In this document: one piece after another, positions 34,441 to 44,799 of the stretch
How the letters are laid out: the number at the start of each line of letters is the position of its first letter
Numbering within the stretch: the stretch's first letter is position 1
From: Schizochytrium sp. TIO01
Taxonomy: Eukaryota > Protista > Bigyra: Labyrinthulomycetes
Direction: 5' to 3'
Assembly (NCBI GenBank): GCA_004764695.1
Contig: SMSO01000031.1
Span: 3,944,436-4,008,435 of the forward strand
DNA length: 64,000 nucleotides
The notes under the pieces: model-generated
The model's database searches: none
The model's input: the letters and a program-made list of their open reading frames with translations, nothing else
Told to the model about the DNA's origin: nothing
Program-made: the position numbers and the translations under genes

Positions 34441-36255
34441 TTATGCGCTCTGAAATACTGCTTCGGCGATTGCATCACACGACGTAAGAACATCGATTGA
34501 AACTTCTTGTACAAAACCTTCATAGAGAATATCAACAATACTTTCAACAATCTGATACTGCGACATCCCTGTTCCTTGAAGTGATGCTTCTATAATCTGT
34601 CGATGACGAATGTGGCGCGATTTGCCTTTCTCTATACTTTCCAAAAATGCCACTTCATCTATTGAGGAACTAGGGGTTTGAACCCGAGATATACTGGTCA
34701 TGATGAAAGGCTGCTGACCCTGAGCCGTGCCATTTGAAGCAGAATAATGAGGTGCTTGAAACTCTGCTTCTAAAGTTGGCATAATATCTTCTGTTGAATG
34801 GCGATGGATTGTTTGGCCAGTGCGTACTTGTTCAGAATTTAAGATTGAAGGCGAGGTATCCTGGAATACCTTTTCCCATTTCTTGCGAATTGCATCTTCA
34901 CGAGCCATTAGCATCTGTAGCTCGGATTGAACGGCAGCAGCTTCCGCTTCATCATGTATTTTCAATTGCGATTTCTTTGGTTGTTTAGCGCCTCGTTGCG
35001 ATCCTGCCGTAGCGTTAGATTGTATTTGTTCTTTCGAAGCAGCTCGATTTTTATTTTCGGACCTAACAAGACTACGCACCAGTTTCTCCAAGTGTTCTCG
35101 CTCCGATGCCATGGCCTTAGCAACGATCATGTCCAGTTGGGCTACTTGATTTCGCATATGTTCTTTGCTAGCTGCCCCATACTTAGAACCAGTTCGTGAT
35201 ACTCGCTCCTGGCGAGCAACTCCTTGTGGTAAATCAGGGCGAATGCTTGTTGGTTGATCCGTTAAGATTTGGATTTGTCCTGAGGCCTCCTTGACCAATT
35301 TTGCATCTGGAGAGGTTCCCACCGATACAAGCTTCCTAGCGTTGCGCTTAGGAATACGCCCTTTCTCATTGGAACGGAGAGCTTGAGTCGGCTGCGTTGG
35401 CGAACCCAATCGAATCTGTGTTGGTTTTCTTACTTTTGATCCAGAAGGAAGAGCTCGATGAGATCTTGTTTTTGCTCCTGCTGCTATAGAATGAGGTCTT
35501 GCTCGCCAATGTCCTGGTTTAGATTTCTTTCGCCTTTGTTCAGCAGGCGAGTTTAGTTTTTTCTTTGGGACGGGGGGCGGCTCTCCAAAAACTCCTTTCG
35601 TATTAATCGTGACATCCTCATTCCACTCTGGGCGAGGTTGGATTGATTGAATTCGATTTCGTAGTTTCTTCTCATTCGAAGCTTTCTGTTTGTCAATCAC
35701 AAACTGTCGTCGTAGCTCATTTGTTCGTAAATTTTCATCAAAGAGCCCATTCTTACCGCTATGATTCGGTCTTGCATCAAAATTTTGTCGTTGTGCTACA
35801 TTCCGAGATTTTTTCAACTCTAACTTCTGCTGCTCATATAGCTGCTTCTGCTTTTGAAGAGAATCTTTTCTCTCTGGTGCTACTGTCTCTGTAGCATTGT
35901 TATCAATGTGGCCCAGAACTACAGGTTCTGGATTGTGCAAGAGGATTACACCATGACTCTCGCGGCTGGTTGGTCTATGTGGATCTCCTTCTTGGCTTAC
36001 TTTCCCATTTAGTTTCTCAGGGTCACGGCGCATTTCAGAGGTTTGCAAACTTCGAAATACTCGAGACCGTTGTTGAGCACTTGCCAGACGCTGCTGTAGC
36101 CTCATGGAGGCAGGAAATCGTGACCCTATGCGAGATTGGCCACTCTCATGATGTGTGGAGTTCTCCCTATCGTCCAAGCCAAAGCCAAGTTGTGGACCAA
36201 ATGAAAGTCCAAGCTCCATAGTTGCTGAACCTGTTCTTTGCGAATCCGCTCGCAT
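34441..36255 (-). CDS. Moonraker/KIAA0753 (OFIP)-like centriolar protein
   Basis: C-terminus YQIVESIVDILYEGFVQEVSIDVLTSCDAIAEAVFQS and LMAREDAIRKKWEKV resemble the recalled KIAA0753 C-terminal region. The rest is low-complexity or coiled-coil. Confidence 0.6.
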   Translation of the reverse strand: MRADSQRTGSATMELGLSFGPQLGFGLDDRENSTHHESGQSRIGSRFPASMRLQQRLASAQQRSRVFRSLQTSEMRRDPEKLNGKVSQEGDPHRPTSRESHGVILLHNPEPVVLGHIDNNATETVAPERKDSLQKQKQLYEQQKLELKKSRNVAQRQNFDARPNHSGKNGLFDENLRTNELRRQFVIDKQKASNEKKLRNRIQSIQPRPEWNEDVTINTKGVFGEPPPVPKKKLNSPAEQRRKKSKPGHWRARPHSIAAGAKTRSHRALPSGSKVRKPTQIRLGSPTQPTQALRSNEKGRIPKRNARKLVSVGTSPDAKLVKEASGQIQILTDQPTSIRPDLPQGVARQERVSRTGSKYGAASKEHMRNQVAQLDMIVAKAMASEREHLEKLVRSLVRSENKNRAASKEQIQSNATAGSQRGAKQPKKSQLKIHDEAEAAAVQSELQMLMAREDAIRKKWEKVFQDTSPSILNSEQVRTGQTIHRHSTEDIMPTLEAEFQAPHYSASNGTAQGQQPFIMTSISRVQTPSSSIDEVAFLESIEKGKSRHIRHRQIIEASLQGTGMSQYQIVESIVDILYEGFVQEVSIDVLTSCDAIAEAVFQSA

Positions 36256-38076
36256 TTATTTTATGCACGTGTGGCCCTTTCGTTTGGAATGACGAAGAGA
36301 GATATGTGGGCATACAAGAATGTCGATCATGCATTGACTATCCTGATTTCGAGTTTTTTTGTGGTAGTCTTTCCACGCTCTAGTGAGGCAGATTCACTCA
36401 GAACTTCGTCACCACAGAGGAGATACGCAAAGAAGCAGTGCAGAGGGATGTCTGTGCCTGTTTTGGTATTAGTAGGAGTCTAATTGCCAGACAGACGGAA
36501 ACCGTCGCAAAACGATCCCACCAATCCCGCAAGTGACGAGGTATAGGCGGCTAACTAACTAATATGCTCGCTCAAACTCGTACTCGCTTGGTCATGCTAT
36601 TTTCTCGTGGATTAGCTCCGAACTTATGAGCGAAGATGGCAGAGTAATGAAGGATGCAGGAAGAGAGATATGCCTTTCCAAGACAAAGCCCAAAGATGCC
36701 ATGATAGAAAAAATAAAATGGGTAATATTACATTTCATCTAAATATAAAATAGGTAAAATACTCTAAGCGATAGTATGTAGGAGGGGGTGCAGTGAGTGG
36801 TCTCGTATAACAGCCTTTTTCAGCTACTGCACCAGAACTATCGCAGGAGGTGTTAACATGGCGGGTTGGTTGAGATTCAAAAGCTGCGTGAACACGGATG
36901 CCATCAACATTCTTCTCTTTTACTATAATCTATTGTTAGACAGAAGGTGAACCTAAAGTAACAGCCGAATTGATTGGCGACAACCGTTAAATACTTTTTG
37001 ATTCAAGAAAGAACTTTCTGCTCTGTCCCTTCCTGTCCCTTACTGTCGTCCTTATACGTTTCCCTTTTTTCTCAATTTGCGAGAAGAACTCGCTGTCCAA
37101 CGGCTATTTATTCATGCGTGTTAAGCGGATAAAACGTCAATGGGAAAGTACTTTAATCGAGCCTAAATGAAACAATGTTTTCAGGTCCATTAGCTACGGT
37201 GCATGGCGCCACGAGCTTAAAGTTGCCTTGTTTCCAACTCGTAAAGGCGCCACGTGCGCAGAGGTGGATCAATTTACGTGAAGGTTAGTAAGAAGTAGCA
37301 ATCAGGATTGTATAGCTCGAAATCATTTTTGCGGGGCCTCAATCGACAAAAATTTAACAGCCGCCTCAACATTATTAGATAGAATTTACTCTTTCGTTTA
37401 GTATATATAGAACAATGCTATATATATTACACTGCAGCTTTGGGAAGCGAATATCCTTGACCAGGCAGGTACAAGTTCATGGTCACATTCTAGACAAAAA
37501 AATATATATACCTATTACTTGATTGATGCTATGGAAGTCAAGAAAGGAATAACTTCGTATCGGCAGCTAACGTTACTTGACCCATAGTAACACCTTTAAA
37601 TAAATAAGCTTAGGGAAAATACCGAAAGCGAGGTGTTTAACTAATTCGTGAGCGATGCTACTTTGAGGGCATACCGGATAACTAAGTAGTACCCAGGCAT
37701 CCGCTCAATACAGCTTATTGATTAAAAAAAATCAATTACACATTAGCAGATAAGCGGACGGGAGCAACAATCATACCTTGGACCTTCAGCTTGCCGAGGG
37801 TTGCCGTGGCAAAGGCGCCAACGTTTGAAGTATATAGAAAACTTTTCACTCAAGGGGTTGAGAGATAAGGTTTCCATGCATACGACTTCATCCACTGGAG
37901 GTTGGACCAAGGAGAAGCCGCTACTTTCAAAAATCGTTGACAGGCTTTAGTTGATGCAAAAGAATCACCCGCGTTAATTCCCGGTTTGCTTGATTCTGCT
38001 CAAGTCTATTTTCTTTGATTCACACCATTTTGCTAAAACAGCAAAAGCAAAGACTTAGGTGGCTTTGGCATAAAGG

Positions 38077-41000
38077 ATGTCATGGACGCCTACCCAAAAG
38101 TCAAAACGAAGAGAACGGCATTTGTCAAGCTTTGCAAACCTTGACGATACATCAAACTGGGAAGGGTCACCACTTGCTTCTCTTATTAGTCCTCAGGGCA
38201 AAGGCTTTCCCAGGGACCCAAATGAGTCAGTCAGACTACGAGACAGTATTTTCTCTAGGAAAAACAGCAATCCAGGTGGCCGAACTAGTTTCGGATGGCG
38301 TCGAAAAGCTCCTGCAGATAAAATAGATGTTCAAGATTCTGTACTGTCAGATGATGACGCCCTGGACGACATTAGCATGCAGATGGGACGAACGGAAAAC
38401 GATGCACTAATTCGAATGCCCTTGCAAATCCAAATTCGAAATTATCTTGCAACAAGTACATTAGGTGTTGCCATTGATGTTCTCAGTAGTGCTCTCTCGG
38501 TAATTGCGTGCTTATTATATGTTTGGTCCACCTATGAGCCAACCTTGGAAGTAACCTTTTTGTATGCAGAGTCTGGCATTTGTTTGTTCTTTTTATTTGA
38601 GTACATCCTTCGTTTCTATGTGACTAGAAACCGGATATTGTACATGATTAGTTGGCTTTCCATCATTGACATTCTGACAATTACACCTGTGATAGTGGAT
38701 ATTGTTTTGCACATTTCGTCGACGGCACAAGGTAGTATCTCGGTTTTACGACTCGTGCGGATCTTACGAGTCCTCCGGATTGTGCGTATGCTCCGTATCC
38801 ACAGAATGTTTACCTATTTTACCACAGAGGTTATGCGAGAAACTGCAAGATTTATTCTCAACATGCTCTCAATTACTTTTATCACCGCGGCATGTATTCA
38901 TGCTTTTGAAAATAGTGTCCGTGAACGGTTATATGTAGAAGATCTGACTTTTCATGACTCATATTACTTTACAATTGTCACTGTGTCAACGGTTGGCTTC
39001 GGAGATATAAAGCCTTACGCCGGAGCTTCGCGTGTTTTTATTACAGTTGTGATTATCATATCACTTGTCTACATTCCCATGTCTACAAATACGCTGATCC
39101 GATTGTTATCAGAGGACTCGATGTACAGAATTCGAAAATACAGGCCACGTATGGCCAAACACGTTTTAGTTCTTGGAGATACACATGCTGATGGAGCACT
39201 AAAGTTTCTTCAAGAATTCTTCCATCCAGATCATGGTGGTCAAGTTGAAGTACATGTTGTATTTTTGATGGAGAGCCTTCCTTCTGTAGAGCTCAAGACT
39301 GTGATTGAATCGCAGCGCTATGAAGGATCTGTAACTTACCTTCAGGGCTCAGCCCACTCAGTTGAAGACCTAGATCGTGCACATGCCTGGGATGCAGTTG
39401 CCTGTTTTATTTTGGCAAGAAAATTTACGATAGATGAGCGCGAGGTTGATCGCTCAACCATGATGATTGCTCTAGCAATTAAACAATATCATCAAGAAGT
39501 GCTTGGCTCAGAAATTCAGCTTTGCTTACAACTCATTCGTCCTGAGAGTCAAAGGCAATATATGATAGCCTTCAAGCAAAAACCTGTAGCTCAAGAAAAC
39601 AATCGGCAGCCTTCTTTAAGAAACCTATTACGGAAAGACCAACCCTCCGCGTGTTTTAAGCCAAAAGAATTTACAGATCCATATGGAAATCTGCGTTCGG
39701 TAGGTCCTTCAAAAATACAAACTAAGCAGACCGCACCGCGCGCATCTGTTAACAGACAGGATGTTGTGCTTTGCACAAACCTGATAAAAATGCAGCTCAT
39801 GGCTAAACATTGTTTATGTCCAGGGATCGCCACGTTCGTGTCAAACTTAGTCATTTCTCTTGATGACGATCTAGTTGACAGACAAGGTGGGGCGTTGCCA
39901 CCTTGGCAAAAAGAATACAATGCAGGCTGCGATTTTGAACTTTACCGTACGAAGCTGACCAGTGCATTCAGCAACCTGTATTTTGAGGACCTAGCTTTGG
40001 CAGTTTATATGGAAACTAGGACGCTTATTATTGGACTTGAAATTAGTGCAGCTGTTCAAAGCGATGATGGTTCAATCGACGTTGTATCGAGATTATTGCT
40101 CAATCCTGTTGGCTTTGTCATCCCCAAAAGTAATGACTGTTCAGTACATGCAGTTGTGCTCGCTGAGGATCGAGTAAGCGCGAATCTAGACTCATGGAAA
40201 TCACGAAGCGCGGAGCCTGCAAACCGAGTCGTTGGAGTTGTTGGATCCGCATTCTATAATTTTGGAGCTAGCGCAAGCCCATATGACAGTGTAAAGAGCA
40301 ACAAGAGCTCCAATAGTTTTAAAACCAATCAAGCACAGTACAGGGCTAGTTCTATTGCAGAGCTTGTGGAGCGTTACAATCCTTCCAATCAACGTCCAGG
40401 GAATTTATTCAAGAGCGAGAAATCAAATTATTCAGAGACATTCTCGTCAAATAGGTCTGCCCGGAAAATTGAGAACAGTAAATATAAGAGGCATGAAAAA
40501 AGTTTTGCAAAAGCTTCTGCGAGTTTGAGGGCTGCTAAGATTCACACTCATCTGAGTATGGAAAAACCAGATGTGAAAGGTCATATTGTTTTTATTGGGT
40601 CCACGGCAGATTTTTCTGCCTTCATGGCGATCTTGCGAGATCAAGGTGGGTCTCACCGTGACAAAGAAGTTGTTATTCTTGGGAAGACTCCACCGACAGT
40701 ACAAACATGGATTTCGCTTCCTGAGGAAGGTCGGAATGTTTTCCTAGTCGAGGGTTCACCATTAGATACACATGACCTTAAACGAGCTGGTGTAGACTAT
40801 GCTAGCTGTGCAGTAGTTTGCACAACTCAGGGGCAAATGAAACAGGCTGGCCAGGCGTTATTTTCATCAAACCCCCATGACGACTCTGAGGCGTTGGCGG
40901 TCGCAGATGCTGATGCTATTTTTGCTCATCAAGGGATTCTTCGCTTGAATCCGGAAATTGAAATCATTACGGAAGTGGTTAACACCGAGAATGTAATTTT

Positions 41001-42225
41001 TCTTGAGACCAAGTCTCGACTTCTTCACAAAGTCGAACAGCATTTTTCTTTTCATGCTGATCATGTGCCCAAAAGAGAAGAATCCAAGCTGCAAAAACAG
41101 TTCACGCAAATCAATCCGATAAGATTGCATTCTCAGCTAACTCAGCAATTTAAACCCATGAGGAAGCCGACAATACAAGCTCAGCCAGATCCAATATTAA
41201 CAACAAAGTGGCAGTCTAGACAAGTAGAGCAATCCGAACCTCAATCTCAATTACAAAACACAGCTGAACAACAAGATTTACAGAAAGATGACGTCGAGGC
41301 CGAAAACGAAAGCATTGACATTAGCACAAATGATCGGCATACCAAAGGACTCCTTGCTTCTGGTACTATTTTTACAATGTCTCTTTTGGATGCACTCTTA
41401 GCGCAGTCGTTTTATAACCCCAGAATACTGAGTACAATCGAAAGACTCATTGCTGGAGAACCCAAGGCGGATCGGTTGAACCAAACCTGGAGAGATATAT
41501 TTGGTGATGCAGAGTCTAGCCTATTGCATCTTGTTCCAGTTCCAGAGGATTTTATCGAAGACCTTTATGGCAATGTTTTCCGCTACTTTTGTCTTGAAAA
41601 GGGAATGCTTCCAGTCGGCATCGCTCGTGGCGTTGCAGCAAAGCGTGCTGGTATTAGCAACCTCGGTAATCGGCATCGATACGTTTTGACTAACCCTGAG
41701 GCCGATACAGTTTTGCACAGACACGACAAGGTTTACGTACTTTCTTTGGTGGAACCTGAGCAGCCAAAACTAGGAAACGGCATGTTTGATTTAATCAGTG
41801 TGCTCAAACAGGGCGGGGGACAGCCAAATCAGAAAGATAGGATCATGGACATGAAATCACTTGCTTCAGATATGTTAGAGGAGGGAAACGAAGATGATGA
41901 TGAAGAAGAACACAAAGAAGAGAGTGAGTTTGATCCAGAGGTCGTTGCTAGCGAAGACTCAGCTATACCATTCATGCCAAATAGCAGCAACAATGTTGCA
42001 AAAACGCTGGCCTTTGGTGTGAAGATAGGAGTGAACAATGTCTCGAACGATGTTTCCAGGCTTGGAGAAACAACTTCTCCAGCTGAATTCTATAATTTGC
42101 GACTTGAGGAGTTTGGTGCACGTGAAAGTAGCGTCACAAATGCTGAAGGAATCGCGACTATTGAGCCGGAGATCCGCCAGTCTGAAAACCTGGATGCAAT
42201 GAAAAAGTTAAGCTTTCTAGACTAA
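38077..42225 (+). CDS. Slo/BK-family potassium channel (6TM + two RCK domains)
   Basis: S4 LRLVRILRVLRIVRMLRIHR; selectivity filter TVSTVGFGDI; RCK1 KHVLVLG..FLQEFFHPDH..YLQGS..DLDRA; CLCPGIATFVSNL; RCK2 GHIVFIG..VEGSPL..DLKRAG; ITEVVN; LAQSFYNP; YVLTNP. Confidence 0.93.
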   Translation: MSWTPTQKSKRRERHLSSFANLDDTSNWEGSPLASLISPQGKGFPRDPNESVRLRDSIFSRKNSNPGGRTSFGWRRKAPADKIDVQDSVLSDDDALDDISMQMGRTENDALIRMPLQIQIRNYLATSTLGVAIDVLSSALSVIACLLYVWSTYEPTLEVTFLYAESGICLFFLFEYILRFYVTRNRILYMISWLSIIDILTITPVIVDIVLHISSTAQGSISVLRLVRILRVLRIVRMLRIHRMFTYFTTEVMRETARFILNMLSITFITAACIHAFENSVRERLYVEDLTFHDSYYFTIVTVSTVGFGDIKPYAGASRVFITVVIIISLVYIPMSTNTLIRLLSEDSMYRIRKYRPRMAKHVLVLGDTHADGALKFLQEFFHPDHGGQVEVHVVFLMESLPSVELKTVIESQRYEGSVTYLQGSAHSVEDLDRAHAWDAVACFILARKFTIDEREVDRSTMMIALAIKQYHQEVLGSEIQLCLQLIRPESQRQYMIAFKQKPVAQENNRQPSLRNLLRKDQPSACFKPKEFTDPYGNLRSVGPSKIQTKQTAPRASVNRQDVVLCTNLIKMQLMAKHCLCPGIATFVSNLVISLDDDLVDRQGGALPPWQKEYNAGCDFELYRTKLTSAFSNLYFEDLALAVYMETRTLIIGLEISAAVQSDDGSIDVVSRLLLNPVGFVIPKSNDCSVHAVVLAEDRVSANLDSWKSRSAEPANRVVGVVGSAFYNFGASASPYDSVKSNKSSNSFKTNQAQYRASSIAELVERYNPSNQRPGNLFKSEKSNYSETFSSNRSARKIENSKYKRHEKSFAKASASLRAAKIHTHLSMEKPDVKGHIVFIGSTADFSAFMAILRDQGGSHRDKEVVILGKTPPTVQTWISLPEEGRNVFLVEGSPLDTHDLKRAGVDYASCAVVCTTQGQMKQAGQALFSSNPHDDSEALAVADADAIFAHQGILRLNPEIEIITEVVNTENVIFLETKSRLLHKVEQHFSFHADHVPKREESKLQKQFTQINPIRLHSQLTQQFKPMRKPTIQAQPDPILTTKWQSRQVEQSEPQSQLQNTAEQQDLQKDDVEAENESIDISTNDRHTKGLLASGTIFTMSLLDALLAQSFYNPRILSTIERLIAGEPKADRLNQTWRDIFGDAESSLLHLVPVPEDFIEDLYGNVFRYFCLEKGMLPVGIARGVAAKRAGISNLGNRHRYVLTNPEADTVLHRHDKVYVLSLVEPEQPKLGNGMFDLISVLKQGGGQPNQKDRIMDMKSLASDMLEEGNEDDDEEEHKEESEFDPEVVASEDSAIPFMPNSSNNVAKTLAFGVKIGVNNVSNDVSRLGETTSPAEFYNLRLEEFGARESSVTNAEGIATIEPEIRQSENLDAMKKLSFLD

Positions 42226-42924
42226 ATTTGAGCAGTTGTAATAAATTGCCAACCTGTAGAGAAAGAAATGTATTTGATGCCAATGTTGTTAGTTTGTAAC
42301 ATCTATCGCAAATTTGTCTTAAAAAATTGTCCTTTGAACCAACATTTCAATTAATGCCAGAAATCTTGTAGAATAACGAAATGAATTTAAAGGAATATAT
42401 TTTACAGATTGAACACATCTCCAGAAATGACAAATAAGGTATGTGTGCAGCTTGCCTTCAAGTTTGCGGAAATCAAGATACTGATTCATCTTGACCAGTT
42501 ATCGAGGAGCTTTTGAAGACTGGTCGCATGCTGCATCTGGATAAATTAGCTTTCGTGCGTTGTTGTGTTTCATTTCCCTTCATTTCTTCCATGTCCTCCA
42601 TGTCCTTCATTTTCCCATTTTCTGTTCGTACTGTTTGATTCGGGTACTTAAACCGATGGTCGCGATAGACGTATACTTGGTATCCAGGTAGGTAGGACCT
42701 TCTGCAGCAAACCAAAAATTAGAAAGTGACTTTTTGATGCATCATCTCATCATGTCTCAGCGTGATGGCTGTCTGACTCTCCGAATAGTGTGCCTTTTGC
42801 AGCCTTCGTCGGGATAGCTTAGCACTTCAATGAAGAGGACAGAACGACAACGCCGAGCTGCGCTGTGCACCCAGTGAGGCCTAGGAAGAGAGAGAGCTGA
42901 GTCAGCTCCATTAGTCGGTGGGTG

Positions 42925-42972
42925 GGTAGGTAGGTAGGTAGGTAGGTAGGTAGGCAGGTAGGTAGGTAGGTA
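42925..42972. repeat. (GGTA)n tetranucleotide microsatellite
   Basis: Directly visible. Confidence 0.9.
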
Positions 42973-44384
42973 CTAGGTACACCATTAGGAACAGAACATT
43001 TAATTTTCGAGAACAAAGTAATGAAGCCTCAAAGTATAAAAAGTTTTCCAAAGCGATTTATTTCCCTCTAGCTAAACATACCTATTTGGTGTTTTACCTG
43101 CCATCTTAGAAGACATTTGCAGAGTGAAACGAAAGCTGAGCAGAGCGCCTGAAGACGTTTCCAAGATGCCCCTATGCGAAGCAGTTGCATCAGCAAATCC
43201 CATGGAACTTGCAAACACTCTGCTTCCCTGTAGAGATCTAATACCGAGCTTCAAACTCGAGAACTTTTGCTGGGCTCTGCTCGTCGAACTAGATCATCGT
43301 CCATCTGGTGGCCCGGTATGGTTCCCCTTCTTTGGTTAGCATGTCTGCTGTCTTCTTGGTCGCCTTGAAGTAGATTGGCAGCAGATTGGCAGCAGATTGG
43401 CAGCACCCCAGCCTTTCGGTTCCCGGTGCAATGCGAAGTCGTGCTTGCTCAGCTCCCGAGAAGCGAACGACGCCGATCTTTGAGCGAGGAGCCTTTCCTT
43501 CAACCCTGAGCTCGCTCCAGGGAAGATCACTAAGCCCGCTTCACGTTGATTCTGTATTATTCGAAGATGGAGGCAAACTCAGAGCCGGGAATGAATGGTC
43601 TTCATCCCAAAGGCCTCTTCGTAGCATTTGTCTGTCCGTCTGTCTGTCTGTGCAGACAGATGTGAAGATCGTGGCACGTGCAAGTCGTGCATTGGACGGC
43701 TTCGCGAGCAGGCTACGAAGCATGTCTCTCTCTCTGCTCTGCTCAGGATCTAACAATTCACAGAGATCACGAGGTCGGCCCTAGAAGCTCGTGCGATCTC
43801 AGGAATACGTCGGCCCTCAGCAAACTTGAAGCTGCGGAGCGATTGATTGCCGCCGTCGGCAAAGGCGCACACCGTCGCACACCCTTGGGAACTCGGCTCT
43901 GAATATCTCAAGACGCAGCGGCATTGGAGCTGCAAGTGCTGCTTCGCTGCTTTGCTCTTGCGAGAAGGAGGACAACGCCATTCTCGTTGTGGCAGTGCCG
44001 CTGTTTGTTGCCCGTGCCGCCACGGACCCAGCGCACCGCCGCTCGAAGAGCAAAATGCCTGAGCGAATGGATAGATGGGTACGTAGGCGCCACTCACTCA
44101 CTCACTCACTCACGCACTCTATTGCCACTCGAAATCAAGATTTCGAGTCCACAAACCCAGGAGAATAGAGTCGCCGAAAGGGAGGAAGGGAGAGGCGGCG
44201 GCGGTAGGCACATTGTATTCTGCCTCTTGGTTCAGACTCTTTGCTCAGATTCTCTGGGATGGAGATATGGGATCCACTGCCTAGCTAACCTGCAGTTCTT
44301 TCTGCATTGCGAGCCTCAAGTACAACTTGACAGTTGGTGGCAAGCAAGCTGGGAACTGGCTACCTGGCCACCTAGCTAGCTGCC

Positions 44385-44385
<1 letters not shown>

Positions 44386-44417
<32 letters not shown>
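44386..44417. repeat. (CAGA)n microsatellite
   Basis: Directly visible. Confidence 0.9.
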
Positions 44418-44799
44418 TAAAAGCCCACCAGCGGAGGTGCGTATGTCGTTCGAGATCGCCGACGCTGGTGCTCTTGAGGTTCTTTCGTTTGGAGGCACGC
44501 CTACAGAATGAATGAGCGTATAGAGTAGGTGGGCGGTAACAGTGCCTAGTGCCTTCCTAGGCTACGAAGAAAGAAGACGAGAGACTCACTCACTCAGTCT
44601 GAGTGATTGATTCATTGATTTGCAGGAACGAAAGAAAGAGAGAAAGAGAGAAAGAAAGAAAGAGAGAAAGAAAGAAAGAAAGCCTAAGAGGTTCGCTGCG
44701 GCACGCGCGGAACAGGTGCGGCAGAACCTCAAGACAGAAGAAGGGAAGAGGCGCAGCAGCAGAGGCAGGGAGGCAGGAGGGCCGCTCAGGCACGCGAAA

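Noticed and set aside
37549-37560. ATAACTTCGTAT matches a loxP arm
   Set aside because: Only 12 nt with no second inverted arm; chance match.
43072-44520. Cluster of 60-150 aa ORFs in a GC-rich region
   Set aside because: Overlapping on both strands, interrupted by microsatellites, no domain-like sequence; treated as non-coding.
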